DNA of 64,000 nucleotides from Dictyostelium discoideum (Eukaryota). This document shows positions 37,448 to 52,500 of the stretch, one piece after another. The stretch lies in contig CM000155.2 of NCBI GenBank assembly GCA_000004695.1, forward strand, positions 2,336,001 to 2,400,000. Reading direction: 5' to 3'. Position numbers and translations under genes: made by a program. The notes under the pieces are model-generated. The model was not told where the DNA came from. It worked only from the letters and a program-made list of their open reading frames with translations, and did not search any database. Within the stretch, counting starts at the first letter, position 1; each line of letters begins with the position of its first letter.

Positions 37448-39541
37448 ATGAATAAATATAAAAATAAATATAATACTGATAATAAATTTAATAATAGTAA
37501 ATATATTAAAAATAATCAAGTTGAATTAAGTAAACAGGAATTAGAGGATGAAGAAATTTTAAAAATAAATGATGATGAATTTAATGAAGGATTAAATAAA
37601 CAAGCTCTATTTCAACAAGATGATTATGTATATAAATTTAAAAAACAACAAAAAGAAGAAAAAATAGGTGGTGATGAAAAAACACAAATAGATAATGAAA
37701 AACCTGAAGATTTTAATATAACCTTAAAATCAATAGATTTTAAATCAATTAATTTACCTTCTTTTAAAAAAAGATTCTTACAATCATCAACAATTAAAGA
37801 TATTGATTCATTTGAATTTATAAATTCAACTACAGAATTTATAATTGAAAATAAAAGTGATGACGATAATTATTATGATGATGATGATGATGATGAAGGT
37901 GACAAAAATAAAGAAAAAGAAAAAGAAAAAGAAAAAGAAAAAGAAAAAGAAAAAGAAAAAGAAAAAGAAAAAGAAAAAGAAAAAGAAAAAGAAAAAGAAA
38001 AAGAAAAAAATAAAGAAATTGAAAATAAAACATATCCAAATAATTGTAAAATACCAATTGCAAATACAGGAGAAAGTGAATGTTTACCAAATACATTAAA
38101 ATTATTTTTTAAGAAAACTCAATTTCCAACACCAACTTTATTTCAACAATATGCATGGCCAGCAATTTTAACAGGTCATGATATTATTGGTACAAGTTTA
38201 CCAGGATCAGGTAAAACATTGGGTTATTTAGCACCAATGATACCACATTGTTTAGCAAGAGTTGATAGAGGCGGAAAGAATAAAATAACAGGGGAAAAAG
38301 CACCAAAACAATATACAGGTATTTTAGTATTGGTATTAGTACCAACAAGAGAATTAGGTTTACAGGTTCATAGTAATACATTGATAATCACTCAACTATT
38401 TGGAATTAAAACATCGGTTATATATGGTGGTATTTCTAAAAACCTTCAGATTGAACAATTGGAAAAAGAAAAACCACAAATTTTAATATCAACACCGGGT
38501 CGTTTAATTGAGATGATAGAGAATGGTCATGTTGATCTTTCAAGTGTTACAATGTTAGTACTGGATGAGGCTGATAAAATGCTTTCCAAAGGTTTAATAC
38601 CACAACTTAAACAAATTCGTGGTCAAATTAGACCCGATTCACAAAATATATTATTTAGTGCCACTTTTCCAGATTCATTAAAAGAGGTTTCAAAAGATTG
38701 GATTAAAGATCCATCGATTCGTTTAAGAATTGGTTCTTCAGAATTACCAAAACTAAATCATATTCAACAAGATGCTCAATTAATTGCCCACCATAAAAAA
38801 CCACGTGCACTCATTAAACTATTAAGTGAGCCACAATTTAAAGAAAAGAAGAAAACAATTGTATTCTTTAATAAAATTAAAGAGCTAAAGAGAATTTCGA
38901 TCATGTTATTAAAATCAAATATTAAACATGATACAATCTTTGGTAATATTGATCAAGAGTTGAGAGAGAAACTCATTAATAAATTCTCAAGTTCACGATC
39001 AACTCTATTACTCTCAACCGATATCATTGGTCGTGGTATTCATATCGATGATATTTTCAATATTATAAATTATGATTTTCCAAGATCTCTAGAACAATAT
39101 TGTCATAGAGTTGGCCGTGCTGGTAGATCCGATAAAGTTGTAAATCCAAAAGCATTTAGTTTCCTCACAAACAGTGATTCTTATTTGGTTGAACCTTTTG
39201 TTCAATTCCTAAAAGATCAACATCAAAATATCTCCATTCCATTCTTAAAGCTATGTAATGAAAACTTTGGTACAAAATTCGAATTCACACTTTCAAAAAG
39301 AAAACAAAAGAAATTGGCTCAAAAAGATGACGTTGAAAAAGATGATGAAGCTTACTTGGCAAAATATGAAAAATTAATTAAAAAAGATAGAAAAAAAGAT
39401 AGTGATGATGAATGTAAAAAATTTAAATCATTTAAAAGAAAAAATATTGATAGTGATAGTGATAATGATAGTGACAGTAATAGTGATAATGGTAAAGAAA
39501 CAAAGAGTAAAGATAAAAATAAAAAATTTAAAAAATATTAA
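37448..39541 (+). CDS. Divergent DEAD-box RNA helicase (697 aa, single exon) with an (EK)n acidic/basic insertion and K/D/S-rich tail
   Basis: The Q-motif region is TPTLFQQYAWP, motif I is LPGSGKTLGY, motif II is LVLDEADKML, SAT is present and motif VI is HRVGRAGRS. A (gaaaaa)16 repeat encodes KEKEKE... at 37911-38010. The family assignment beyond DEAD-box is not possible by eye. Confidence 0.85.
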   Translation: MNKYKNKYNTDNKFNNSKYIKNNQVELSKQELEDEEILKINDDEFNEGLNKQALFQQDDYVYKFKKQQKEEKIGGDEKTQIDNEKPEDFNITLKSIDFKSINLPSFKKRFLQSSTIKDIDSFEFINSTTEFIIENKSDDDNYYDDDDDDEGDKNKEKEKEKEKEKEKEKEKEKEKEKEKEKEKEKEKNKEIENKTYPNNCKIPIANTGESECLPNTLKLFFKKTQFPTPTLFQQYAWPAILTGHDIIGTSLPGSGKTLGYLAPMIPHCLARVDRGGKNKITGEKAPKQYTGILVLVLVPTRELGLQVHSNTLIITQLFGIKTSVIYGGISKNLQIEQLEKEKPQILISTPGRLIEMIENGHVDLSSVTMLVLDEADKMLSKGLIPQLKQIRGQIRPDSQNILFSATFPDSLKEVSKDWIKDPSIRLRIGSSELPKLNHIQQDAQLIAHHKKPRALIKLLSEPQFKEKKKTIVFFNKIKELKRISIMLLKSNIKHDTIFGNIDQELREKLINKFSSSRSTLLLSTDIIGRGIHIDDIFNIINYDFPRSLEQYCHRVGRAGRSDKVVNPKAFSFLTNSDSYLVEPFVQFLKDQHQNISIPFLKLCNENFGTKFEFTLSKRKQKKLAQKDDVEKDDEAYLAKYEKLIKKDRKKDSDDECKKFKSFKRKNIDSDSDNDSDSNSDNGKETKSKDKNKKFKKY

Positions 39542-39924
39542 ACTTAAATAAAAAAATAAAGATTGCAATCTATTTAGTAGATATACGATTTTTTTTTTTT
39601 TTTTTTTTTCTTGGCTTTCATGAGAAACCAAGAAATAGTTTTATTTGAAATAAAAAAAAAAAAATAAAAAAATGGTCCTTATTTTTTTTTTTTTTTTTTG
39701 GTTAAACAAAGTGGTTGGAAAAGTAAAAAAATCTTTTATTTCGAATTTTTGAGAAAAGTGTTCTAAAAAAAAAAGTTTTTTTCTTTTTTTTTTAAGTTAT
39801 TTTCTTTTTTTTTTTTTTTTTTTTTTTCTTTTTTTTTTTTATTTTTATAAATTTTTTTTTTTTATTTTTTTTTTTCTTTTTTCTCCATTTAAAATTTCTT
39901 TAATCTTTGTAAATATATATAAAA

Positions 39925-40414
39925 ATGGGTTTAGAACAAGATAAGCAACCATTAATGGGACAACAACCAGTTTACCAAGGTTACCAACAACAACCACAAT
40001 ATGCTTACCCACAACAACCAGTTTATGCTCAACAACCAGTTTATGCTCAACAACCAGTTTATGCAACTACTGTAACTACATCTGACCATCATCATCATCA
40101 TCATCATGATGGAGGATATACTGGAGCTTTGATTTTCTTTATTTGTGGCTTCTTCATCTCGTAATTGATTTACTTATTTATTAAATTTATATATATATAT
40201 ATTGGTTTTTTTTTTTATTCTTTATACTAATTATTTTAAACTTTCTTTTTATTTTTTTTTTTTATTTTTTTCATTTAGATTACTTTGGTTAGGTGGTTTC
40301 TATTATATTAGATCTCACAACAGAACTGCTAGATCTTTAGGTATCGCCTCAGTCGTTTTATTCTTTGTCATGTTAGTTATTGTTATCATCGTTTTAGCTT
40401 CAGGTGCAAATTAA
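39925..40414 (+). CDS. Small PQY-rich membrane protein with two predicted TM helices and a His7 run; 2 exons: 39925..40160 and 40279..40414 (~123 aa); possibly CD225/dispanin-like
   Basis: Exon 1 has (PQQPVYAQQ)x4 repeats, HHHHHHH and ...GALIFFICGFFI. Its GTAATT donor is phase 2. Exon 2 is SLLWLGGFYYIRSHNRTARSLGIASVVLFFVMLVIVIIVLASGAN. That gives TM, then a short basic loop, then TM. The family call is an inference from topology only. Confidence 0.55.
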
Positions 40415-40601
40415 ATATAAAATCAAATTCTTATTGAAAAAAAAAAAATAAAAACAAAATAAAAAATAAAATAAAAATCTTAAGATTTTCTGTAAATAAA
40501 TTTTATTTGTTTTCTGACACCACGCTTTAGGTTTTTTTTCACTTTTTTTTTTTTTTTCTTGACATTTTCTGAAATTTTTTTTTTTAAAAATTTTGTGTTT
40601 G

Positions 40602-40646
<45 letters not shown>

Positions 40647-40673
40647 ACCACCAATGCCATAAAGAAAAAAAAA

Positions 40674-42860
40674 ATGGATGGATTATATAATAAGATTTTC
40701 AAAAATAAATATTTAAAGAATATAATCTTTTCAAACATTAAAGAATATAATAAAGAACAAAGATATATTAGATATAATTATTATGATTTCCCATTTGAAT
40801 TAATATTGAAAACAAAGAATCAACAATTATTAATTGAAAAATTAAATGATTATAAATTTTATTTTATTGAAAATCAAAATATTAATATGGATACATTCAA
40901 ATATTTTATAAATTTTAATGAATCATGTTTAGAACAGTTATATATTTGGGATGAATTACCATTTGAATTATTTGAACTAGTTTTTAAAATATTTGGAAAT
41001 GAAATAAATGAAATTAATAATAAATCTCAAATAAATAGTGGAGGAAGGTATTATTATGCTGAAAATCATTTTCAAATATTTGGAAAATTATTTTACAAGC
41101 ATTTAATTAAAAGCTGTAATTCTGATAAATTCAAATTTCTAATTAATAACAATCATTTTAATATAAAGAATATTGATTTACACTCATTAAAATTATTATT
41201 TCAAGAAATTACTATTACTGATTCAAATAAAGAAGAAAAACATAATGAAATCAATAAAAGAAAAGAAATGTTTGAATTTATTTTTAATGAAATTAATATT
41301 TCATTTTGTCAATTAGCACAATATTTAAACTCTTTAATAGCGAGTAAAAATTTATCAGAAATATACGGGCCATTCATTATTGATCATTTTCCAAAACATG
41401 AAATTATTCCAAACTCATTCAAAGATTGTATGTTATCAATTTTTGAACACCAAAATTTATTTATTTTTAAAGAGATTTTAAATAAATATAAATATATTGA
41501 ACAAAGAATAGATATTTTACAATCACCAGCAGAGTTGGTAACTATTTTTGGTATTAAAATTGAAAAATGTGTAATTGAAGCAATGGAAATTCCAATCAAA
41601 TGTTTATTTGAAAGTTTTAATGTTGAAATTACCAAAACTCTATGGGAGGATTTAAAATTTTCTGGTATAGCTTTATTTAGCCTTAGATCATTGGTAATAA
41701 TCAATGATCCAAATGTTGCATTATACTTTAATGAAAAATTAAAAGGAGACATTTCATTAAAAAAGATATCATTGGTATGTGATTATAGGTTAAGAAAGAT
41801 GGGTATGAGAGATCAGGTTCGCTTTGAAACAACTCATAATAACAAATCTGACTATAATTATCTTAATGACAATGTTTCAAAAGAGATAATTCAAGACCTA
41901 CCAATTTATTTGTATAATCCAAATGAATTTTTAAATTGTATAATTAAAAAAGGATGTATAGAAACTTTTAAAGAATACTTTAAAAAGTTTCCAAGACATT
42001 ATAATATTGAACATGTTAAAAATATATCCCTCCTCATGAGAGATACAGATTTTTTTGGTTTTTTATTAGATATTATTAAATTTGGTGAACCACCAGAAAT
42101 GAATCAAGTAAATTTACCATTATATCATCAAAGTTTTTTAAAAGTGCTATTGGAATTTTCAATTGAAAATGATATAGGCAAACTATTTGATTCAGTTTCA
42201 TATCGTTTAACTTCACTTTTATCAAACAATCCAAAGCAAGGAAAATCATTTATAAGTAGTATTTCAGAATGGGTAGTTTCCAATCCAACACTTGCTAGAA
42301 GATGGCTAAATAATTCCACCTTAAAATTTTATTATCAAGAGACGGTTTCAGAAAAGGTAAACCAGATTTTATCAAGTCCAAAATTCGTAGTTGCTCCAAA
42401 TTCTATAATTGATTCAATTGAATCAAAATTTTTAATTGGTGAACTTTTAAACACTGATTTCCAAATAAAGACACTCAAAACAACTGAACTTCAAAAAAGA
42501 ATCATTTATTGTGCAATTAAAAATGAAATCGTCCTTACAAACTCCCATACTCTCTCCTATGATTTCTCAAAAATAAATAGAATGAAAAGTTTGTATTTCA
42601 AAATATTTTGCTTTTTTTATCCTTACTATGATTCACTAGAGGCTGAACATGGTAAAGGATTTATACTTTATAAAATTATAATCAAACTTCTCAAATGTAA
42701 AATTCTATCATTAGAAAACTTTGATTCAAAATTATTTTTAAAAACACCTCGCTTGGAAAAAGATATAAAAAACTTTATTTCAAAAATTAATAATTATGAA
42801 AATGGTCAAAATATTATAACTTTTAGTGATAATTTTAAGAATTTAAATTTTGAAATATAA
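40674..42860 (+). CDS. Hypothetical protein (~728 aa)
   Basis: This is a long intact ORF. The annotated ORF start at 40593 is encoded by a poly-T run (poly-F), so the first credible ATG is 40674 (MDGLYNKIF...). No domain is recognised. Confidence 0.55.
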   Translation: MDGLYNKIFKNKYLKNIIFSNIKEYNKEQRYIRYNYYDFPFELILKTKNQQLLIEKLNDYKFYFIENQNINMDTFKYFINFNESCLEQLYIWDELPFELFELVFKIFGNEINEINNKSQINSGGRYYYAENHFQIFGKLFYKHLIKSCNSDKFKFLINNNHFNIKNIDLHSLKLLFQEITITDSNKEEKHNEINKRKEMFEFIFNEINISFCQLAQYLNSLIASKNLSEIYGPFIIDHFPKHEIIPNSFKDCMLSIFEHQNLFIFKEILNKYKYIEQRIDILQSPAELVTIFGIKIEKCVIEAMEIPIKCLFESFNVEITKTLWEDLKFSGIALFSLRSLVIINDPNVALYFNEKLKGDISLKKISLVCDYRLRKMGMRDQVRFETTHNNKSDYNYLNDNVSKEIIQDLPIYLYNPNEFLNCIIKKGCIETFKEYFKKFPRHYNIEHVKNISLLMRDTDFFGFLLDIIKFGEPPEMNQVNLPLYHQSFLKVLLEFSIENDIGKLFDSVSYRLTSLLSNNPKQGKSFISSISEWVVSNPTLARRWLNNSTLKFYYQETVSEKVNQILSSPKFVVAPNSIIDSIESKFLIGELLNTDFQIKTLKTTELQKRIIYCAIKNEIVLTNSHTLSYDFSKINRMKSLYFKIFCFFYPYYDSLEAEHGKGFILYKIIIKLLKCKILSLENFDSKLFLKTPRLEKDIKNFISKINNYENGQNIITFSDNFKNLNFEI

Positions 42861-42882
42861 AATATTAATAATAATAAATAAT

Positions 42883-42917
<35 letters not shown>

Positions 42918-43107
42918 TAATAAATAAATAATAATAAAAAATAAAAAATAAATGAATGAATAAAAAAATAAATAAATAAATAATAAATATATAAATGATT
43001 ATAAAAAAAAAAAATTTAAAAATAAATAAAAAAAAATTTTATTTTTATTTTTTTTTGTTAAATAAAACCTATTCTATAACCAATTAAAATTATTTCTTTT
43101 TACAAAA

Positions 43108-44439
43108 CTATTTTTCATTATTTCCAATAGATTCAGTTACTTTTGATTCATTATTATTTTTATTATTATTTATATTATTATTTGAATAAATATTTGAAGG
43201 TAAATAAATATTTTCATCAGAATTTAAAACTTCATCTTCTAAAATTTCAAAAACAGTAGCTATTTGATTTTCAACAGTGAATCTAATATTTAAAATATCT
43301 AAACTAAATCTATGTTTTTCAGGACCTTCTTCCTCTTGAAGAAGTTCACTATCATCAGTATTGTTGGTGGTTGTTGTTGTTGAAGAGTTGGTATCTTTAT
43401 TTTGTTTTAATTTTTGATCGGTTAATTTATCTTGTTTTCTCTTTCTGACGGAACGAATATCCTCTGTTAAAATTTCAATAATACAAGTTTCGATATCATT
43501 ATAGTTGTCATAGAATTTTAATTTCTTTTTATCGACGAAATATTGTAATTGTTTCTTAGCCACATCTAAAATGATGACATTATCTAATGGTGGTACGATT
43601 GGTATTGTGACCCAAGCAGGATTAATAACACTCTTTACACTATCGTGAACAGAGTATGGTTTGACATCTAAAATGGGTGTGCCATCAATTAAATCGATAC
43701 CTGATAAATAGATTGTATCACCAACGACCTTATCGATTTTGGCAACTGATAAACCGATTGGATTTGGACGATGTGGAGTTCTGGTTGAAAACAATCCAAC
43801 TTTAATACCATCTAAACGTGGTGGTGCAACCTTTGCTTTGACACCACTTGCTGGACGATCACTTCTAACTGAACGTAAGGTGTTGGTATTTTCGTGGAAA
43901 ATGAAAATTAACCAACAATGACTATATTGATCTAAACCCTCCAATGAATAGGTTGGATTTACACTTGTCTTTAACTTTAATAATGCTTTACCTTTGGTAA
44001 CGATTAATCCTTGTCTTGGTGTACCATTTCTCTCTCTAAAACAACTCTCTAAAAATCCAATTGGTGGATAATCAGGTGGTCTTTCCACATTTTTATTCTC
44101 TCTATCTTCTTTATATGAATTGACAACTCTTCTCAACTCTCTTTCTGCTCTAGTTCTACCTAATCTTTGTTCTTCACATTTCTTTTGTTCATGTAATTTA
44201 TTTTGTTTTTCTTTTTCTAATTTATCTTTTAAACTTAAATTTTTCTTTTGAATAATTGCTTATTTAAATTTTAAATTAATATTTATAATTATTAATAATT
44301 TAATAAAAAAAAAATAAAAAATAAAAAATAAGTACTTACATAAATAATATGAAAAGATTAAACTTGATATCAAAAGTGGTGTAGTAAATAAAAATAATTT
44401 ATTTGAAATTAAAGATTTAAAAAAGTCAAAAGACTTCAT
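43108..44439 (-). CDS. TsaA/YaeB (TrmO)-like tRNA methyltransferase-family protein; 2 exons: 44439..44340 and 44258..43108 (~416 aa)
   Basis: The TsaA-like core is GFLESCFRERNGTPRQGLIVTKGKALLKL. The main ORF frame stays open upstream with no Met as far as a stop near 44264. A putative exon 1 is MKSFDFFKSLISNKLFLFTTPLLISSLIFSYYL|gtaagt, followed by an 81-bp intron and a ...aaataag acceptor. Phase and total length close (1152 nt including stop). The exon-1 assignment is less certain. Confidence 0.7.
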
Positions 44440-44514
44440 TTTCTTTTTTTCTTTTTTTTTTCTTTGATTAACAAAATATTGAAAATAAAAAAAAAAAAAA
44501 AAAAAAAACCGAAA

Positions 44515-44546
<32 letters not shown>

Positions 44547-45735
44547 CAAAAATTAATTCTTCTTTTTTTAAAGTCAAATCCATAAACTATAAAAACAACA
44601 AATATACGCAATTAAAAAAAAAAATAAAAAAATAAATTAATAAGCTTTGATTAAAATATAGTTTAGTTTATTTCTTTTTTTTAAAATAATGTTTTTTGAT
44701 TAAAAAAATTACTACTTTTATTAAATTTTTTTTTTTTTTCGCCACGGTGTTTGTCAAATTAATTTTATTTATTATTTTATTAAGTTGAGGTTTTATTTGA
44801 TTATTATTATTAAAACTAATTATTTAATTAATAATTTATTTATTAAACTATCAAAAAGTTTAATTATACAATTAATTATTTTTTTCTTTAATTTTAAATG
44901 AAGAATACAATGAATGTATGAGAATGGTTTGTATCGGTGATATCATTCTAGGATTTCTCCAGCGTTAACACCAAATTTGAGAAATTCTGCACGGGAGATC
45001 TGCAATTGCTCGCGATCGATCCTATCGTTTTATCCTTTGCCATAGTGAAATCGCACCCTTACTGTGAAATATGATTCTGGTGTTTCATCTGACGTTACAC
45101 TTAAGTGATGAAGCTTAAGTCAAAGAAGGATGTTGTTAATGTGTTAAAAACACAATAATGTCTTATTACAAAAAATTTTCGAAATTTTTAAGTTTGGTCT
45201 TTTTGAAAACTATTTTATGGGATTTATTTTTTTAAAAAAAAAAAATTGAAGTGTTATTTTTTTTTTAAAAATAAAAAAATACAAAAAAAAAACGAGATTG
45301 CCGATCCGCAAATGAAACGATTATTGTAAAGAAAAGAAAAAAATTTTGGATTACCAATCAAAAAAAAGAAAAAAAAAAAAAAAAAAAGAAAAGGAATTAA
45401 TAATTATGTTATAATTTTTTAAAAAAAAAAAAAAAAATTAATAAATAATTATTATGCCATAGTTTTCAAAAAAAACTCTTATTATTTGTTTGACTATATT
45501 TATGCGATAGTGTATTTATTAACTATATATTAAAAATAAAAAAACACAAAATAGATATTTGATTTTTTTTTTTTTTTTTGATGTATATAATCCATATAAT
45601 CAAATTTATCATATTCTTTATATATATATATATATATTTTATTGAGTTTTGATAAGAGTGAATAACAATGACTAGCTAAATCACTATTATTACAATATCA
45701 TTATTTTAAATTATTATTATTACTATTATTATTAC

Positions 45736-45791
<56 letters not shown>

Positions 45792-45805
45792 ATTAATAAT
45801 TATTA

Positions 45806-47956
<2,151 letters not shown>

Positions 47957-47995
47957 TGGTTATTTTTTATGAATAATTATTATTATTTATTATTA

Positions 47996-48062
<67 letters not shown>

Positions 48063-48246
48063 TTGTATTATTAAAATTGTCTCTTTTTTCTATGAAGTTA
48101 TTTTTTTTTTTTTTTATTCAAACTATTTGTCTATTATTTGTCTATTATTTGTAAAATACTTGTTTATTTTTATTTTTATTTTATTTTTTATTTTATTTTT
48201 ATTTTTTATTTTATTTTTTTATTTATTTTTTTGTTTGAATTGCTAC

Positions 48247-48308
<62 letters not shown>

Positions 48309-48586
48309 GCTATTTATTTAGAAATTATATGGTTATTTTATTTTATTTTATTTTTTTTTGTTTTTAAGGCTTTATTAACGGTAATTAATTATTTATATTA
48401 CTATATATCGTTTGATTGTTGATTGATGGTGGGTTAAAGTATTTTTGATTGAAAAGTATATACTAAAATTTTGGGGGTTTAGTTTTAATTTATTTTATTG
48501 TATAACGATAATATATTTTATTTGTAATGTTCTATTTTTAAAAATTACCCTTTTTGGGAAAAATAAAAAAATTAAAAAATCAAAAG

Positions 48587-48643
<57 letters not shown>

Positions 48644-48902
48644 AAAGGTTTAAATAAATGAAATTTAATTATATCTATAAAAGCAAAGTGAAAATAATGG
48701 CAAATAAAAGTCCAATTTTTTTTTTTTTTTTTTTAAATGAAAAAAAAAAAGATTTGGTAATTTGGTTTGCGTGGAAGATTTAAATTAAAAGAAAAAAAAT
48801 TAAATAAAATAAAAATAAAAAAATGTTGATGTTTGCTGTGGCAGATCCAAATTAAAAAAAAAAAAAAAAAAATAAAAGAAAAAAATTTTATGCAAAGAAA
48901 AA

Positions 48903-48940
<38 letters not shown>

Positions 48941-49269
48941 CCAGAAAATGTGTGACTCGTGTGGACGAGAAATAAAAAAATAAAAAAAAAAAAAATTGAC
49001 CTTTCCTTCATTTTGTTTATTTGAAAATGTATCCATTCCTTTTTTTTAAGATATTTTTTTGCACGGAAAAAAAAAAAAAAAGAAAAAAAAAGAAAATCAA
49101 AAAAAAAAAAAGCACTACCGTCACACGCGCAATGTAGTGTTGAACTTTTCCAAATTTTTAAATTTTTTTTTTTTTTTGTAAATCCTATTATTATAACAAA
49201 TTTCAACAAAACTAAAAAACGAAAATATCTTTTTTTTTTTTGATAAAATTTTGTATTAATTTATATTAC

Positions 49270-49500
49270 CGATTATTTATTTTTTTTTTTTGAAATTTTT
49301 TTTTAATATCTTTTTTTTTTTCATTTATTTCTTATTTTCATTCTAATTTTAGAATTAATTTTTGATTTGTTTCAAAAATTTTTTTTTTTTTTTTTAAATA
49401 TTATTTTTTTTTTTTTGAAATGTTTTTTTTAATATCTTTTTTTTATTTATTTCTTATTTTCATTCTAACTTTGGAATTAATTTTTGATTTGTTTCCCAAG
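49270..49500. repeat. ~110-bp tandem direct duplication in the 3' flank of the P5A-ATPase gene
   Basis: Two copies of ...gaaat(t/g)ttttttttaatatctttttt..atttatttcttattttcattctaa(t/c)ttt(a/g)gaattaatttttgatttgtttc lie at about 49285-49375 and 49410-49500. Confidence 0.55.
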
Positions 49501-49584
49501 ATTTCTTTTTTTATTTTTTTATTTTTAGTTTATGTTTTATTTTTAGTTTTTTTTATTTTTTTTATTTTATTTTTAGTTTATGTT

Positions 49585-52500
49585 TTAATTTTTTAATAAA
49601 ACTGAACAAACTTTTTCAATGAACCAAGCACCAACTAAATCCAAGATGATAGCACCAACCATATATAATCTAAAAGTTGAATCAGGGAATTCAACCAATT
49701 CTAACATTGAATTTAATGGTGGTATAATTTCAGTAGCCAATAATAAACCTAAACCCCAAACAAAGGAGAGAGCGTATAATAATGGTTTATTTTCACTGAG
49801 AGATTGCATGAAAGGATGACCTTTGTAGTTGACGGCAAAGGTGGCGACTTGCATAGCATTGCTCATTAAAAACACAGCGGAATTCAAGAGATTTGGAGCA
49901 AAAGGTGAGTCAGGATCAGGTCTATTTGTACCAATTCTTAATTGAGATTGATGAACGATGAAAATGATACAAACTAGATGAAGTGCAAATTGTAAAAGGA
50001 TGGAGCACATCATATAGGGTGAGAATAGATTTGGATTTGGACGTTTATTAGCCAACTTCATCAAAGGCTTTGAGGTTGAGATGAAGAGGAAACAAACGGC
50101 GATCAACATACCAGAGATGGTGGCTTGAGTATCACCCAATTTAACACCATCCAAATAGAGTACCGATAAACCATAGGCAGTGATCAATGAATTCAAAGCC
50201 AAAATCTTATACATTTGGAAAGTGGTAACCAATGTACATCTACCTTGACGAATGATATGAGTGATTGGTTTGACGGCACTCGATTTTGAAGTGAATGGTG
50301 CAGCGATAGAAGCGTCACCCAATTTCACCATTTGAACTTCATTATCTTGTTGCATACGTTGTGCAAGATCAGCCGCTTGTTTTTGAGCCAATTCAGCCGC
50401 TGCCCTTGGATCACCATTACGACGTAGTTGTTCTTGCATTTGTCTTTGTTTAGCTTGATTGAAAATTTCCCTAAGATTAATCTCTGGTGGTGGTTTAAAT
50501 TCACCTTTATTTAAGATTGCAATACCAACATGAGCTTGTTTCAATGCACCAACATCATTTGTACCATCACCTGCCATCAATGTATAATGACCATTCACTT
50601 TGAAATTTGTTAAAATCATTTGTTTTTGTTCTGGTGAAACACGTGCAAACACTTTAACCAAATATAAATCTTTCTCTAAATTTTTATCACCAATAACTAA
50701 ATCTAAACTATTACCACCAATACAAAGATTATAATCTTTATCTAATTGATTTAAATGATTTTCATTACCATTTTCTAATGGTATTATAATTGATTCATCA
50801 ACTGAAACCCATTCACCTAAATTATTATTATCATTATCATTATTATTATTTTCTTCTTTTTCTTCATTTTTTTCATTATTATTATTATTATTACTGTTTT
50901 TGATTTTTTGTAAAATTATAGTTTGTTTATTTTCTTGAACAAAACCTAATTGTTTACCAACATGACAAGCAGTTAAACTATTATCACCAGTGATCATAAC
51001 TATACGATGAGATGAATTCATTAACATTTCAATTGATTCCTTTGAATCTGGTTTCAATGGACAATCGAAAATGATGAAACCACCAAACTCTAAATTACTT
51101 TCAACTGAATCTCTTTCCATTGATTTATATTGTGATACATTTAAACCAGACTCGAATCTCTTATAACCCAATGCTAAAACACGTGAACCTTGTCTTGAGT
51201 AACTCTTGAAACATTGATCATAATTATCTGGTAATGATTTATCATTAAAGAATGGTTTCATAATCTCTGGTGCACCTTTGGAGAATGCATAAGTATTGCA
51301 TTGGAGATTTTTGGTGTAAACTACATTACAAATGGTTGTCATTCTCTTTAATTCTGATGAGAAATGATATCTATGTACAATTTCAATATTAATTGGTTTC
51401 TTTTGATGAGAAATCTTATCGGCTTTACATGTAAAAGGTATAGATTTTAATCCTGCCATTTCCATTGGATCTCCAACTAATTTATTATCAATTAAAACTA
51501 AACTATGACAACCTGCTAATATAAATTGAATAACATCTGCTAATTCACTTGGTTGAACAAATGTTGTTGAAGTTAAAGATGATTCTTGTTCTTCTTTTGT
51601 GGTGCTGGTAGTAGTAGTAGTAGTAGTGGTAGTATTGGTAGTAGTGGTATCAGTTGTAGTAGAATCAATATCAACATCTTCATGATCGTTATTTGCAGTT
51701 ATATATTTCTTTGGACAATTTGCAATACCTTGAAGAACTAAATCATCAGTTGTTAATGTACCAGTTTTATCGAAACAACAAACATCAACCTTACCAGCGA
51801 ATGGAATTCTAAATGGTTCAGTACAATAGATACCCAATTTAATTAAAGAGATTAATGAATTGTTTACAGCTAATGATAATTCCATTGGAAGTTCTGGTGG
51901 GACGACAGAAGTGATAACCATGATACAATTGAGTAAAAGTTTATACTTTGAACGATTATTTTCACGGATACCCTTATTGAATAGATAGGCAGAGGCGGCG
52001 ATGGCAAATGTCAATAGGAAGAGAATGAAAAGGAATGATTCTTTATTATTTGCAGTGACACGTTCAGAACTAAACCAAATTGTTCTCATGAGTCTGCCTT
52101 GATTCGTATTGAAACCAGTCTTATAGGCGTATGCAATACATCCCCTATCTGGTGGTTTAGAGACACGTGCTAATTTCTCGGATGGTGTATGTTGAACAAT
52201 GGTTGTACCGCCATAAAGTATATGAATCTTTTCATTCTTTAAATCCAATGGTTTTGTTGATTTTCTATCCTTTATTGATTCCTTATGATGTGGAGTTGAT
52301 TCACCAGTTAACATTGCTTCATTCACTACACATCCACCACTTAACAATATCATATCACATGGTAGTGTTGATGTTGCTTCACTTGCACCTCTACCAATTG
52401 ATACAATATCACCTGGTAATATCTCTGTTGTATTAATTTGTTTCCATTGATTTAATCTATAAACATAAATTGGGAATGTTGGTTTACTACTCATATTTCT

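Noticed and set aside
40593-40673. Annotated ORF start MCLLYFFFFFFFFFFFFLTTNAIKKKK for the 755-aa protein.
   Set aside because: It is encoded by a T35 run. The first plausible initiator is ATG 40674 in an A-rich context.
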